Assembly (NCBI GenBank): GCA_964477035.1
Contig: CAYZCW010000004.1
Coordinates: 187,882-251,881 of the forward strand
Reading direction: 5' to 3'
Length of the DNA stretch: 64,000 bases
Source: an uncultured Bacteroidales bacterium
Lineage (GTDB): Bacteria > Bacteroidota > Bacteroidia > Bacteroidales > UBA7960
This document shows positions 17,951-26,927 of this stretch, in pieces. Both the position numbers and the translations under genes were made by a program. The stretch's first letter is position 1. Every line of letters starts with the position of its first letter. The notes below the pieces were generated by a model, which saw nothing but the letters and a program-made list of their open reading frames with translations, did no database searches and was not told where the DNA came from.

Positions 17951-20374
17951 ATGAAATGGAAGATCCTGTTTACGCTGTTGTTTTTGCCCGCCCTGGCCTT
18001 CTGCGGGGGCCTTTCATTGCCGCCCGCCACAGGGCCGGAGACGGAGGAGGATCCTGTGGGCCGGCTGGAGGAAGTGGCCGCAGGGGCCTTCAACCAAAAG
18101 CTTTACCTTCACCTGGACAACCATCATTACCACGCGGGTGACTACATCTGGTTCAAGGCCTACCTGCTGGACGGGGTCACCCACCGTTATGTGCCTGGGG
18201 AAACCAACGTATATGTGGAAATGATCGACAGCCGGGGCAGGCTGGTCAAAAAGCAGATCCTGAAATCGGTCAACGGCATCTCCTGGGGCGACTTCAGGCT
18301 GAGCGATTCCATTCCGGACGGGAACTACCTGGTCAGGGCCTACACCAATCCGATGCGCAACATGGGGGAAGCGTTTCTGTTCAACCGGAATATCTATGTG
18401 AGCAACCCGGGGTTCAGGGACTATATCCGGCTCCGGGAGATTATCGGTAACCGTCTGTTCAACAGGAGTCTGGAAAGGAAGGCCAGCCAGTATGAGTTTG
18501 CATTCCACGCTGAGGGCGGCACCCTGGTGCAGGGCCTGCCGTCGCGGCTTGCTTTCAGGGCCACGGACCTGCTGGGAGGCGGGGTTCCCGCAGAAGGAAG
18601 GATCCTGGACAGGCATGGGAACGTGGTGGCAGAATTCACCACCGGACCCTCCGGACGGGGAGTGACCGCCTTTAGCCCGGAGGAAGCAGGGGGCTACACC
18701 GCCAGGGTGCGCCTGGCCGGCCAGAGAAGGGAAGAAAGAATCCCCCTTCCCGAAGTGCTGCCCCGGGGGGCGGTCTTGCAGGTTCGTCCCGGGGACAAAG
18801 CCTTGGAGGTGAAGGTGCTGACCAACAGTCCCCCGATGATGGAACCGCACGCGCCTGTCAGGTTGATGGTTCACACCCGCGGGGAAGTTTATTTCTGGGG
18901 AGATGCCGACCTGCGGTCGGGACAATTTTTCAAGGTCTTTCCCTACGAGGAACTGCCGGCGGGCATTGCTGAGGTCAGCCTGTTGGGGCCCGGCAACACG
19001 GTCCTGGCCAGCAGGCTGGTGTTTGTGCCGGATACGGATCCGTTCAGCATAAGCCTCCACGAAGTGGCCATTGAGGAAGGAATGGGCCGGGTGATCTTCT
19101 CGGTAGAGGACAGCCATAGTTTTCCGTTTTACGGAAATTATTCGCTGTCGGTCAGGGGCCTGGGCGAGTCATCCGGAAGGAAGGAAGCCGGGGGAAGCCT
19201 CCCCAGAAGCTTCCTGCTGGTGGAGTCGGATACCGGGAGGCCGCTTGACTCCCTTGCCTTACTGCCCGGGACGGTTTCAGGGGAGGACATGGCATGGATC
19301 GACCAGGTGATGCTCACCAGCCGTTTTGAAAGGCTGGACCTGGAAGGGGTCTTATCGGGCAGGATTCCGGTCGGGCGCTTTGAGCCCAGCTTCGGGATGA
19401 CTGTGGCGGGCCGCCTCATCCACCCGGGCAATGACAAACCCGTCCCCGGGCAAAACATCAGCCTGAGCATTTCCAATGGCTTCGTGACCACCCATACCAC
19501 CCAGACCGATACGGAGGGCTGGTTTGAATTCGCCGACCTGGGTTTCGATGGCATGGTGACCATTGAGCTGATCACTTCCCCCTTACGGGAGGGTTATCAC
19601 CCGAGGGTTCACCTCGATCTGGGATCCATACAGGATCCCAGTTACCGCATGGATTTCAGTACCCGTCCCCAGGAAGTGACACGCAAGGGCCCTTTCTGGA
19701 CCCGGGTCAGGAGGCAACGGGAGAAGCCTTACGATATCCCGGAGTATTACAGCCCCTTGCAAAACTACTACGGACAGCCCAGCCAGACCATTCATGTCAG
19801 CGAACGGACGGAGGACAATAAAACGGTCCTGGACATTCTGTTGCAGCGGGCTACCGGGATCAGCTTTCACAATGGCCAGCTCACCATCCGCGGTGCCAGC
19901 AGCATCAACCTTTCCTCCGAACCGCAGTTCATCATGGACGGCAGCTTCACGGACATGAGAAATTTTTTGTCGACCAATGCCAGGGAGGTGCACCGCATCG
20001 AGATCTTTTCGGGCCCCAATGCGGCCATCTTCGGCATCAGAGGCACAAACGGGGTAATCGTGGGATACACCCGCCGGGGGGGCATGTTCGGCCGGCAGAG
20101 CTACGAATTCAACATGGCGGGCTTTTACCGTCCCAGGGAGTTCACGGCTGATAAGGCCGGGGATCTGCGCCGAACGGCTGAGGATGATACCTACCATCCG
20201 ACCCTGTACTGGTACCCTAACCTGCGGGTCCGGTCGGGGGAGCGGGTGCGCTTTGATTTTCAGGCACCCCAAGGGCATGACGCCTTTGAAATGGTTCTGG
20301 AGGGAGTGGGGCCTGCCGGAAGGATCATTTCCGGGACTTTCCTCATCACAAGGGGCGAAACTTCCGGCCAATAA
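17951..20374 (+). CDS. Large secreted protein with MG2/Ig-like N-terminal repeats and a C-terminal TonB-receptor plug-like domain but no barrel
   Basis: It has a signal peptide (MKWKILFTLLFLPALAFC), an N-terminal block YLHLDNHHYHAGDYIWFKAYLLDG, and a C-terminal plug block LTIRGASSI...FIMDG...EIFSGPNAAIFGIRGTNGVIV. The protein ends about 100 aa after the plug. Confidence 0.7.
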   Translation: MKWKILFTLLFLPALAFCGGLSLPPATGPETEEDPVGRLEEVAAGAFNQKLYLHLDNHHYHAGDYIWFKAYLLDGVTHRYVPGETNVYVEMIDSRGRLVKKQILKSVNGISWGDFRLSDSIPDGNYLVRAYTNPMRNMGEAFLFNRNIYVSNPGFRDYIRLREIIGNRLFNRSLERKASQYEFAFHAEGGTLVQGLPSRLAFRATDLLGGGVPAEGRILDRHGNVVAEFTTGPSGRGVTAFSPEEAGGYTARVRLAGQRREERIPLPEVLPRGAVLQVRPGDKALEVKVLTNSPPMMEPHAPVRLMVHTRGEVYFWGDADLRSGQFFKVFPYEELPAGIAEVSLLGPGNTVLASRLVFVPDTDPFSISLHEVAIEEGMGRVIFSVEDSHSFPFYGNYSLSVRGLGESSGRKEAGGSLPRSFLLVESDTGRPLDSLALLPGTVSGEDMAWIDQVMLTSRFERLDLEGVLSGRIPVGRFEPSFGMTVAGRLIHPGNDKPVPGQNISLSISNGFVTTHTTQTDTEGWFEFADLGFDGMVTIELITSPLREGYHPRVHLDLGSIQDPSYRMDFSTRPQEVTRKGPFWTRVRRQREKPYDIPEYYSPLQNYYGQPSQTIHVSERTEDNKTVLDILLQRATGISFHNGQLTIRGASSINLSSEPQFIMDGSFTDMRNFLSTNAREVHRIEIFSGPNAAIFGIRGTNGVIVGYTRRGGMFGRQSYEFNMAGFYRPREFTADKAGDLRRTAEDDTYHPTLYWYPNLRVRSGERVRFDFQAPQGHDAFEMVLEGVGPAGRIISGTFLITRGETSGQ

Positions 20375-20380
20375 AAGGAG

Positions 20381-20449
20381 AAAGGCTGTTGTGGGGAACC
20401 GGCCCTGCCCTTTGCGGGGAACAATCCGGCATTTCCTGCAACAGCCTTT
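20381..20449. terminator. Long hairpin; likely terminator of the tRNA gene (minus) and of the convergent plus-strand CDS
   Basis: AAAGGCTGTTG (20381-20391) pairs perfectly with CAACAGCCTTT (20439-20449). On the minus strand the hairpin is followed by CTCCTTTTATT. Confidence 0.5.
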
Positions 20450-20456
20450 GGTCTTG

Positions 20457-20530
20457 TAGCGGGGACGAGAGTTGAACTCGTGACCTTCGGGTTATGAATC
20501 CGACGCTCTAACCACCTGAGCTACCCCGCC
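20457..20530 (-). tRNA. tRNA-Met (anticodon CAU); subtype unresolved
   Basis: The reverse complement GGCGGGGTAGCTCAGGTGGTTAGAGCGTCGGATTCATAACCCGAAGGTCACGAGTTCAACTCTCGTCCCCGCTA folds into a 74-nt cloverleaf. It has a G1-U72 wobble, anticodon loop TTCATAA, T arm ACGAG/CTCGT and an A31-C39 mismatch, and no CCA is encoded. The anticodon and variable region resemble initiator tRNA, but the D stem is elongator-like. Confidence 0.8.
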
Positions 20531-20544
20531 TTTTTTGGGTGGTG

Positions 20545-20552
20545 CAAAATTA
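20545..20552 (-). promoter_or_regulatory. Candidate -7 box TAATTTTG for the tRNA gene
   Basis: The minus strand reads GTTAATTTTGCACC and the box ends 14 nt upstream of the tRNA 5' end. Confidence 0.4.
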
Positions 20553-20567
20553 ACAAACAATTTCTAA

Positions 20568-21485
20568 TTACAAACCCTGCGGGGCTTTTTTTTGCCCGGC
20601 CCGCTTTCGCTGAAATGCCCCTGCCTGGGTCAGAAACAACCCCAGGATGACCAGCCCCATGCCCAGGACTTTTCCCCAGTCGATGGCCTCCCCGAGTACC
20701 ATCAGCGAGGTCAGGGCCGTCACCACCGGGATCAGGTTGCCGAAGATGGCCGTCCGTGCGATGCCGATGCTCCGGACCGCCGAGGTGTAGAAAACAAAGG
20801 CCAGGGTGGAGCCAAACACCGCCAGGGCCAGCAGGGAGGCCACCACCTCGCGGGAGGGATGGATGGCCATGAATGCGGCCGATTCAAAGAGCAGGAACAA
20901 TGGAAGGAAGAACAAGGCACCCAGTGCATTCTGCACCATGATGATCGTGCCGGAGGAATAGCGGACAACCAGCCGTTTAAGGAATACCATGTTGACCAGG
21001 GCCGAGGCCACGGCGAAAAACAACATGAAGATTCCGAAGGGCGAGGCCGTAAACCGGAAGTCCTGATCCAGCACCATGACCCAGATGCCCATAAAGCTGA
21101 TCAAAAAGCCAAGGACATTCACCCGGCTGATGCGTTCCCTGAAAAACAGGAACCCCAGCATGGGTGCAAACACCGGTATGGTGGCGATCATGACGGAGGC
21201 TACCGTGGGACTGGTATGGAGCAGGCCATAGTTTTCCCCGATGAAATAGCAGAAGGGGGAGAAAAAGGACAGGATCACAAAACGCAGGTAATCCTGCCTG
21301 TCGATCCGCTGCAGCCCCCGCCGCCAGAGCAGCATCATCAGGAATGCGGATACCGACAGCCTGATGAACATGACCGTGACTGGTTGGTAAACATCCAGCG
21401 CGATCCGGGTCCAGACGTAGGATACCCCCCAGAAAACCATGGCCAGGGCGGCCAAAAGGTATACGGTGACCTGTCTTGTTGGCAA
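20568..21485 (-). CDS. EamA/DMT-family transporter
   Basis: A roughly 10-TM protein with duplicated EamA halves. The 455-aa ORF was trimmed to the TTG at 21485 (MPTRQVTVYLLAALAMVFWGVSYVW), because the upstream part overlaps a better-supported plus-strand gene. The start is uncertain. Confidence 0.75.
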   Translation of the reverse strand: MPTRQVTVYLLAALAMVFWGVSYVWTRIALDVYQPVTVMFIRLSVSAFLMMLLWRRGLQRIDRQDYLRFVILSFFSPFCYFIGENYGLLHTSPTVASVMIATIPVFAPMLGFLFFRERISRVNVLGFLISFMGIWVMVLDQDFRFTASPFGIFMLFFAVASALVNMVFLKRLVVRYSSGTIIMVQNALGALFFLPLFLLFESAAFMAIHPSREVVASLLALAVFGSTLAFVFYTSAVRSIGIARTAIFGNLIPVVTALTSLMVLGEAIDWGKVLGMGLVILGLFLTQAGAFQRKRAGQKKAPQGL

Positions 21486-21569
21486 AGGGCATGCAATTTG
21501 AGGGCAAAAATAATGATTCCCCTTGTTTTTTTGTATATTGCAACTGACGGATTCCCAACCGATGCTGCC

Positions 21570-21953
21570 ATGAGACCCCTGGAACGATTCAGCCTTGAGT
21601 TTTCCTGCAAAACAACCCCCAGGTTGCTGTTTACCCTGATCTCCACCCCCGAAGGACTCTCCCGCTGGTTCGCCGATACGGTGTTTGTGGAAGAGGATAT
21701 TTATCACTTCAAGTGGGAAGGGTCGGAGCAGCGGGCAAGGCTGACCCAATGGAAGGAAAATGAGTACGTGGCGTTTCAGTGGCTGGACGAACACCACCGG
21801 GACCATGTCCTGGAAATGCGCATCCTCAACGAGCCGGTTTCCTCGGAAGTGGCCCTGGTCATCACGGATGCTGCCGAACCGGGCGACATGGAATTCTCCC
21901 ACAGGCTGTGGGAAACGCAGGTCAGGCGCCTGCAACGGCTATTTAATCCCTAG
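21570..21953 (+). CDS. START-like / SRPBCC (AHSA1-type) domain protein
   Basis: This is the 127-aa C-terminal part of the 453-aa shadow ORF, starting at MRPLERFSLEFSCKTTPRLLFTLISTPEGLSRWFAD. That pattern is typical of small START-like proteins in Bacteroidota. Confidence 0.65.
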   Translation: MRPLERFSLEFSCKTTPRLLFTLISTPEGLSRWFADTVFVEEDIYHFKWEGSEQRARLTQWKENEYVAFQWLDEHHRDHVLEMRILNEPVSSEVALVITDAAEPGDMEFSHRLWETQVRRLQRLFNP

Positions 21954-23453
21954 CCATTTGTAGACCGGGCGTTGTGAGGGGTCGGTCAGGAAGAACCAGC
22001 TTGCAATTTTTCCGCCTGCATCTTCCGGCGCGTCCTTGTGACGGAATTCGTTCCTGCGGGGCACATACACATAGTCCTTTTCCCATTCCCGGTGGTGCCT
22101 CCGGATCTGGTCCAAGGCTTCCACGATGAACAGCACTTCTTTGTCCGTCATGGTCGGATGGAGTGACAGCCTGACCCAGCCAGGTTTTTCTGACAGGTCG
22201 CCCGTATTGATCTTTTCCGTGATTTTGCGGGAATGTTCCTGGTCGACATTGAGCAGGAAATGCCCGTAGGTGCCTGCACAGGCACAGCCACCCCGGACCT
22301 GCACCCCGTAACGGTCGCTCAGCAACTTCACCACCAGGTTGTAATGGATGTCCGCGAAGTAAAACGAAATGACGGGCAGCCGCTTACGGATGTCCCCGGC
22401 CAGGATGTTGGCTCCGGGAATGGCGGCGATGCCGTCGAAGGCCAGGCGCAGCAACTCCTCCTCCCTGCGGCGGATGTGACAGGTGCCCATCTGGTTCTTC
22501 AGGTCGATGCACAGGGCGGTGCGGATGGCCTGCAGGAAGCCGGGCGTGCCCCCGTCCTCCCTTGCCTCGATGTCGTCGATGTATTTGTACTCTCCCCAGG
22601 GATTGGTCCAGTCGACGGTCCCTCCCCCCGGGTTGTCCGGCACTTCTGAATTGTAGAAAGCGGAATCGAAAATAAGGACCCCGCTGCTGCCCGGCCCGCC
22701 CAGGAACTTATGCGGGGAGAACACAATGGCATCGAGCTTCTCCATGGGATCCTCCGGGTGCATGTTGATGTCTACATAGGGTGCGGAGGCCGCATAGTCG
22801 ATCAGGCAGACCCCCCCGTATTCGTGCATCAGCCGTGCCATCTTGTGAACCGGGGTCTGTATGCCGGTCACGTTGGAACAGGCCGTAAAAGAGCCGATCT
22901 TCAGGCGGCGGTCCTTGTATTTTTCCAGCTGCCGTTTCAGGTCATCCAGGTCGACCAGCAGGTGTTCGTCGGGTTTGATCACCACGACCTCTGCCGTTGT
23001 TTCAAACCAGGAGGTGTGGTTTGAATGGTGTTCCATATGGGTGATGAACACCACGGGTTTTTCGGCTTCTTTCAGGCAGGTTTTGTGGATGAGGTTGCCG
23101 CAGATGCGCAGGCCCAGCATGCGCTGGAACTTGTTGATGACGGTGGTCATGCCGCTGCCTGCCGTGATGATGACATCCCCGGGTCCGGCGTTCACATGCT
23201 CCTTGATCAGCTTCTGTGCATGGTGGTAGGCATGGGTCATCAGTGTCCCGGTCTCGCTTGCCTCGGTATGGGTGTTGGCCACATAAGGGCCGAAGCGGTT
23301 GCGGATGGCATCTTCAATGGGTTTGTAGAGCCGGCCGCTGGCAATCCAGTCTCCGTAGATGATGGCCTGCTCCCCATAGGGACTGGTATAGGTGTGGTTG
23401 ATGCCGATGATGTTCTTTCTGAACCGGGCAAAATGGTTTTGCAGCTTGGTCAT
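21939..23453 (-). CDS. Class V aminotransferase-fold PLP-dependent enzyme (function unknown)
   Basis: About 500 aa with the PLP-lysine block FSPHKFLGGPGSSGVL. The start was set to MTKLQNHF (ATG at 23453); the longest ORF starts at 23492. Confidence 0.75.
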   Translation of the reverse strand: MTKLQNHFARFRKNIIGINHTYTSPYGEQAIIYGDWIASGRLYKPIEDAIRNRFGPYVANTHTEASETGTLMTHAYHHAQKLIKEHVNAGPGDVIITAGSGMTTVINKFQRMLGLRICGNLIHKTCLKEAEKPVVFITHMEHHSNHTSWFETTAEVVVIKPDEHLLVDLDDLKRQLEKYKDRRLKIGSFTACSNVTGIQTPVHKMARLMHEYGGVCLIDYAASAPYVDINMHPEDPMEKLDAIVFSPHKFLGGPGSSGVLIFDSAFYNSEVPDNPGGGTVDWTNPWGEYKYIDDIEAREDGGTPGFLQAIRTALCIDLKNQMGTCHIRRREEELLRLAFDGIAAIPGANILAGDIRKRLPVISFYFADIHYNLVVKLLSDRYGVQVRGGCACAGTYGHFLLNVDQEHSRKITEKINTGDLSEKPGWVRLSLHPTMTDKEVLFIVEALDQIRRHHREWEKDYVYVPRRNEFRHKDAPEDAGGKIASWFFLTDPSQRPVYKWLGIK

Positions 23454-23759
23454 GTGTCCCGAATTTATGCAAAATTGCAAAAAATTATCCAAACCCTGGG
23501 CCGATTCTCTGTACCTTTATTCGTCAAGGGGCTGGCAAACAAATCGCAAACCTTGGTTGTTTACAGGATAAACAGCGGTTTAATATGGAATGGTTTTTGC
23601 TGCTGTTTTATCAGGGCAGCCGGCGATGGCCGGGGCCGCAGAGGGAAAATTTATGTCTGAATCATGTTGCGGGGCAGGTGCCTGCCCACGGCCTCCGGTC
23701 CCTGACCGGCTGCCGGGCAAAGGAATTCCGTTCCGTGCGACCAATACAATGGAGAAAAG

Positions 23760-26700
23760 ATGAACAGGAACCGTTTTATCAAGCGGGCCGCCTTGTTGGG
23801 CCTCGTATTGCTGTTGTCCGGGTTGTTCCTGCCGCGCATGGCCAGCGGGCAGTACTTCGGAAGAAACAAGCCCAGTTACAGGACATTTGATTTTAAGGTA
23901 TACCAGTCGCCCAACTTCGACTTGTATCATTACTTCGAGGATGAAGAAGTCATTCACCGGGTGGCGGAAACCTTTGAAAAGTGGTATGTGCGCCATAAGG
24001 AGATGTTTCGCGACACCCTGCAGGAACGCAACCCCATCATCATCTATGCCACCCACCCCGATTTCCAGCAGACCTCGGCCATAAGCGGCACCATCAGCAT
24101 CGGCACGCAGGGGGTGACCGAGGCCCTGAGGAACCGGGTTGTGCTGCCCATCCTGGAAACCAATGCCCAGACCGATCATGTGATCGGCCACGAGTTGGTT
24201 CACGTCTTCCATTTCCATGCCCTGTTCAAGGATGACTCCCTGTCGCTCAACTCCATGCGAAACCTGCCCTTGTGGCTGGTGGAAGGCATGGCGGAATATT
24301 TTTCCATCGGGAGCGTGGATGCGCACACGTCCATGATCATGCGGGATGCCATTCACCAGGAGGATTTTCCCGACCTGAAGGAGATGAGCCGGAATTACCG
24401 CTACAACCCCTACCGTTTCGGTCATTCCTTCGTGGCCTTTTTCGGGCGCACCTGGGGCGATTCCCTGATCGCTCCCCTGTATAACGAGACTGCGCGTTAC
24501 GGCTACGAGCGTGCCCTGGAGCGGGTCGTCGGCCTGGGGGCCAGTACCGTGTCCGGGCTTTGGAAAAGCGCCCTCGAGAATCATTACCGGGACCTGATGG
24601 CCGACAGTGCCCGGCATGTGCCTGTGGGCCGCCGCATTGTATCGGAAGAAACCGCCGGTCAGATGAACCTCAGTCCCTCGATCAGCCCGGACGGCAAGCA
24701 CATTGCCTTCTTTTCCGAGCGGGACCTGGTGTCGATCGACCTGTTCCTGGCCGAAGCCGAAACCGGACACATCATCCGCAAGCTGTCCAGCAGCGTGCGG
24801 AACATGGACATTGACGGGTTCAATTTTTTTGAATCGGTCGGCAGCTGGTCGCCGGACGGCCGGGAGTTTGCCTACGTGGCCGTCAAGCAGGGGGTCAACC
24901 AGCTGGTGATCGTCGATGTGGACAGGCCCCGGCGGACCCGGGAAATCCAGGTGGAGGGAGTGCCCGCCCTGAACAACCCATCCTGGTCGCCCGACGGCCG
25001 CTACCTGGTCTTCTCCGGGCTGGCAGGGGGACGTCCTGATCTTTACCGGCTGGACCTGCGGACCCGCGAAGTGACCAACCTGACCCGGGACCGGTACTCT
25101 TACATCCATCCGTCCTGGTCGCCCGACGGCCGGTACCTGGTGGTATCGACCGACCGCCGGCAGACAAGCCAGGAGGGCATGCCCGTCAACTTGCACTTCA
25201 ACCTGGGCCTCATCGACATGGAGGATCCCGGTGCCGGGGTCCGTGTCATCGATGTGTTTCCGGGGGCGGAAAACCTGAATCCCCACTTTTCAAGCGGACA
25301 GGACGGCCTTTATTTCCTGTCCAACCGGGATGGGTACCGCAACCTGTACTTCTATGACCTGGCAAGCCAGAAGGTGTACCGGATGACCGACTTTTATACG
25401 GGCATCAGCGGCATCACCCACCTGTCGCCAGCCATCAGTGTGGCCCGGCAAACCGGACAGATCGTCTACACCCACTTCCAGAAGGGCCAATACACCATTT
25501 ACAGCACCCGGCACGAGGCGTTTGATCCGGTAGAGGTCGATCCCCTGGCCATTGACATGCTGCCCGCCACCCTGCCGCCGTTTGAACGGCCCACCCAACC
25601 GATCGTCGACCGCAACCTGGGCACCGAGCCGGCCGTACCTCTTTTCCCGGTCGACTCTTTTGCAGAGGTGCCTTTTCAGTCCCGCTTTCAGCTGACCTTC
25701 ATCGGAAACTCCGGGGGGGTGGGTGTGTCCACCAGCCGCTTCGGAACCGGGATGGCCGGCGGGGTGAGCATGCTTTTCAGCGACATCACGGGCGACAACC
25801 AGTTGTTTTCAGCCCTGGCCGTGAACGGGGAGATTTACGACTTCGGGGGGCAGGTGGGTTACCTCAACCAGAAAAGCCGGTTTGCCTGGGGGGTGATGGC
25901 ATCCCACATCCCCTATCCGTTTTCCTATTTCAGGTATGCAGATCCTGCCGGGTTTGACATGAACCTGCAGCTTGTCATGCAAAGAACCTTTGAGGACCAG
26001 GTCGGGGCCTTTGCCTATTTCCCCTTCTCCACCACCCGCAGGCTGGAGCTGAATGCCAGCATGGCCTGGTATTATTTCCGCATCGATGCCCTGAACAATT
26101 ATTACCTGGGCGGCTTTCTGGTGGGTCAGGAGTGGGAACGGCGTCTGGATGCCCCTCCCGGGTTCAACCTGCAGCGGGTGAGCCTGGCCTATGTGGGGGA
26201 CAATTCCTTTTTTGGCATGGCCTCGCCCATCACCGGACAGCGTTACCGCTTCGGGGTGGAGAAGTATTTCGGCCGGGTGGACATGTACAGCGTCACGGCC
26301 GATTACCGGCGTTATTTCCAGTTCAGGCCGTTCACCCTGGCCTTCCGTGGTGTCCATTACGGGCGGTACGGGGAGCAGGCCCAGAACGACCTGTTTTATC
26401 CCCTTTTCCTGGGCTATCCCGGCTGGGTCAGGGGCTATTCCTACAATACGCTCTCCCGGGTGGAGGATGCCCTGGATGAAAAGTTCACCTTCGATCAGCT
26501 GCAGGGTTCCCGGGTTCTCATGGGCGGGCTGGAGCTGAGGGTCCCGCTGACGGGGCCCGAACGGCTGGCCCTTATCAGCAGCAATTTCCTGTTTACCGAG
26601 CTGGCCTGGTTTGCCGATGCCGGTGTGGCCTGGAACGAAGGGGGCCGGGTAACCCTGCGCACGGCGGAAGCCTATGACGAAGGCAAGCGTTTTCCGGTCT

Positions 26701-26831
26701 TCAGCACGGGGCCTTCCCTCCGCATCAACCTGTTCGGGGCCCTGATCCTGGAACCGTATTATGCCTTCCCCATTCATACCAAGGGGATCGGCAAAGGTGT
26801 CTGGGGTCTCAACTTCCTGCCTGGCTGGTAG
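23760..26831 (+). CDS. Three-part outer-membrane protein: MA-clan HExxH peptidase-like domain, TolB-like beta-propeller repeats and an Omp85/surface-antigen-like barrel
   Basis: It has a signal peptide and the HExxH block GHELVHVFHFH. Repeated blocks SPDGKHIAFFSE, SWSPDGREFAYVA, SWSPDGRYLVFSG and SWSPDGRYLVVST follow. The C-terminal ~400 aa are rich in alternating aromatic residues and end FLPGW. Confidence 0.75.
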   Translation: MNRNRFIKRAALLGLVLLLSGLFLPRMASGQYFGRNKPSYRTFDFKVYQSPNFDLYHYFEDEEVIHRVAETFEKWYVRHKEMFRDTLQERNPIIIYATHPDFQQTSAISGTISIGTQGVTEALRNRVVLPILETNAQTDHVIGHELVHVFHFHALFKDDSLSLNSMRNLPLWLVEGMAEYFSIGSVDAHTSMIMRDAIHQEDFPDLKEMSRNYRYNPYRFGHSFVAFFGRTWGDSLIAPLYNETARYGYERALERVVGLGASTVSGLWKSALENHYRDLMADSARHVPVGRRIVSEETAGQMNLSPSISPDGKHIAFFSERDLVSIDLFLAEAETGHIIRKLSSSVRNMDIDGFNFFESVGSWSPDGREFAYVAVKQGVNQLVIVDVDRPRRTREIQVEGVPALNNPSWSPDGRYLVFSGLAGGRPDLYRLDLRTREVTNLTRDRYSYIHPSWSPDGRYLVVSTDRRQTSQEGMPVNLHFNLGLIDMEDPGAGVRVIDVFPGAENLNPHFSSGQDGLYFLSNRDGYRNLYFYDLASQKVYRMTDFYTGISGITHLSPAISVARQTGQIVYTHFQKGQYTIYSTRHEAFDPVEVDPLAIDMLPATLPPFERPTQPIVDRNLGTEPAVPLFPVDSFAEVPFQSRFQLTFIGNSGGVGVSTSRFGTGMAGGVSMLFSDITGDNQLFSALAVNGEIYDFGGQVGYLNQKSRFAWGVMASHIPYPFSYFRYADPAGFDMNLQLVMQRTFEDQVGAFAYFPFSTTRRLELNASMAWYYFRIDALNNYYLGGFLVGQEWERRLDAPPGFNLQRVSLAYVGDNSFFGMASPITGQRYRFGVEKYFGRVDMYSVTADYRRYFQFRPFTLAFRGVHYGRYGEQAQNDLFYPLFLGYPGWVRGYSYNTLSRVEDALDEKFTFDQLQGSRVLMGGLELRVPLTGPERLALISSNFLFTELAWFADAGVAWNEGGRVTLRTAEAYDEGKRFPVFSTGPSLRINLFGALILEPYYAFPIHTKGIGKGVWGLNFLPGW

Positions 26832-26850
26832 TGGGTGGATCCCTGACGAA

Positions 26851-26887
26851 AAAGAGCCGCCGGCCCGAAGCGGGCCGGCGGCTCTTT
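26851..26887. terminator. Bidirectional intrinsic terminator
   Basis: A perfect 16-bp stem AAAGAGCCGCCGGCCC / GGGCCGGCGGCTCTTT carries a 5-nt loop. It is flanked by an A-run upstream and a T-run downstream, and sits between convergent genes. Confidence 0.8.
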
Positions 26888-26927
26888 ATTTTCCCGGAAC
26901 AGGCCGGCCTGAGCGGCCAGCTCTTTT

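Noticed and set aside
20381-20552. The tRNA-Met gene was considered as a possible genomic-island integration site.
   Set aside because: There is no integrase, no duplicated tRNA 3' segment, and no compositional break on either side. The flanking genes are ordinary chromosomal genes.
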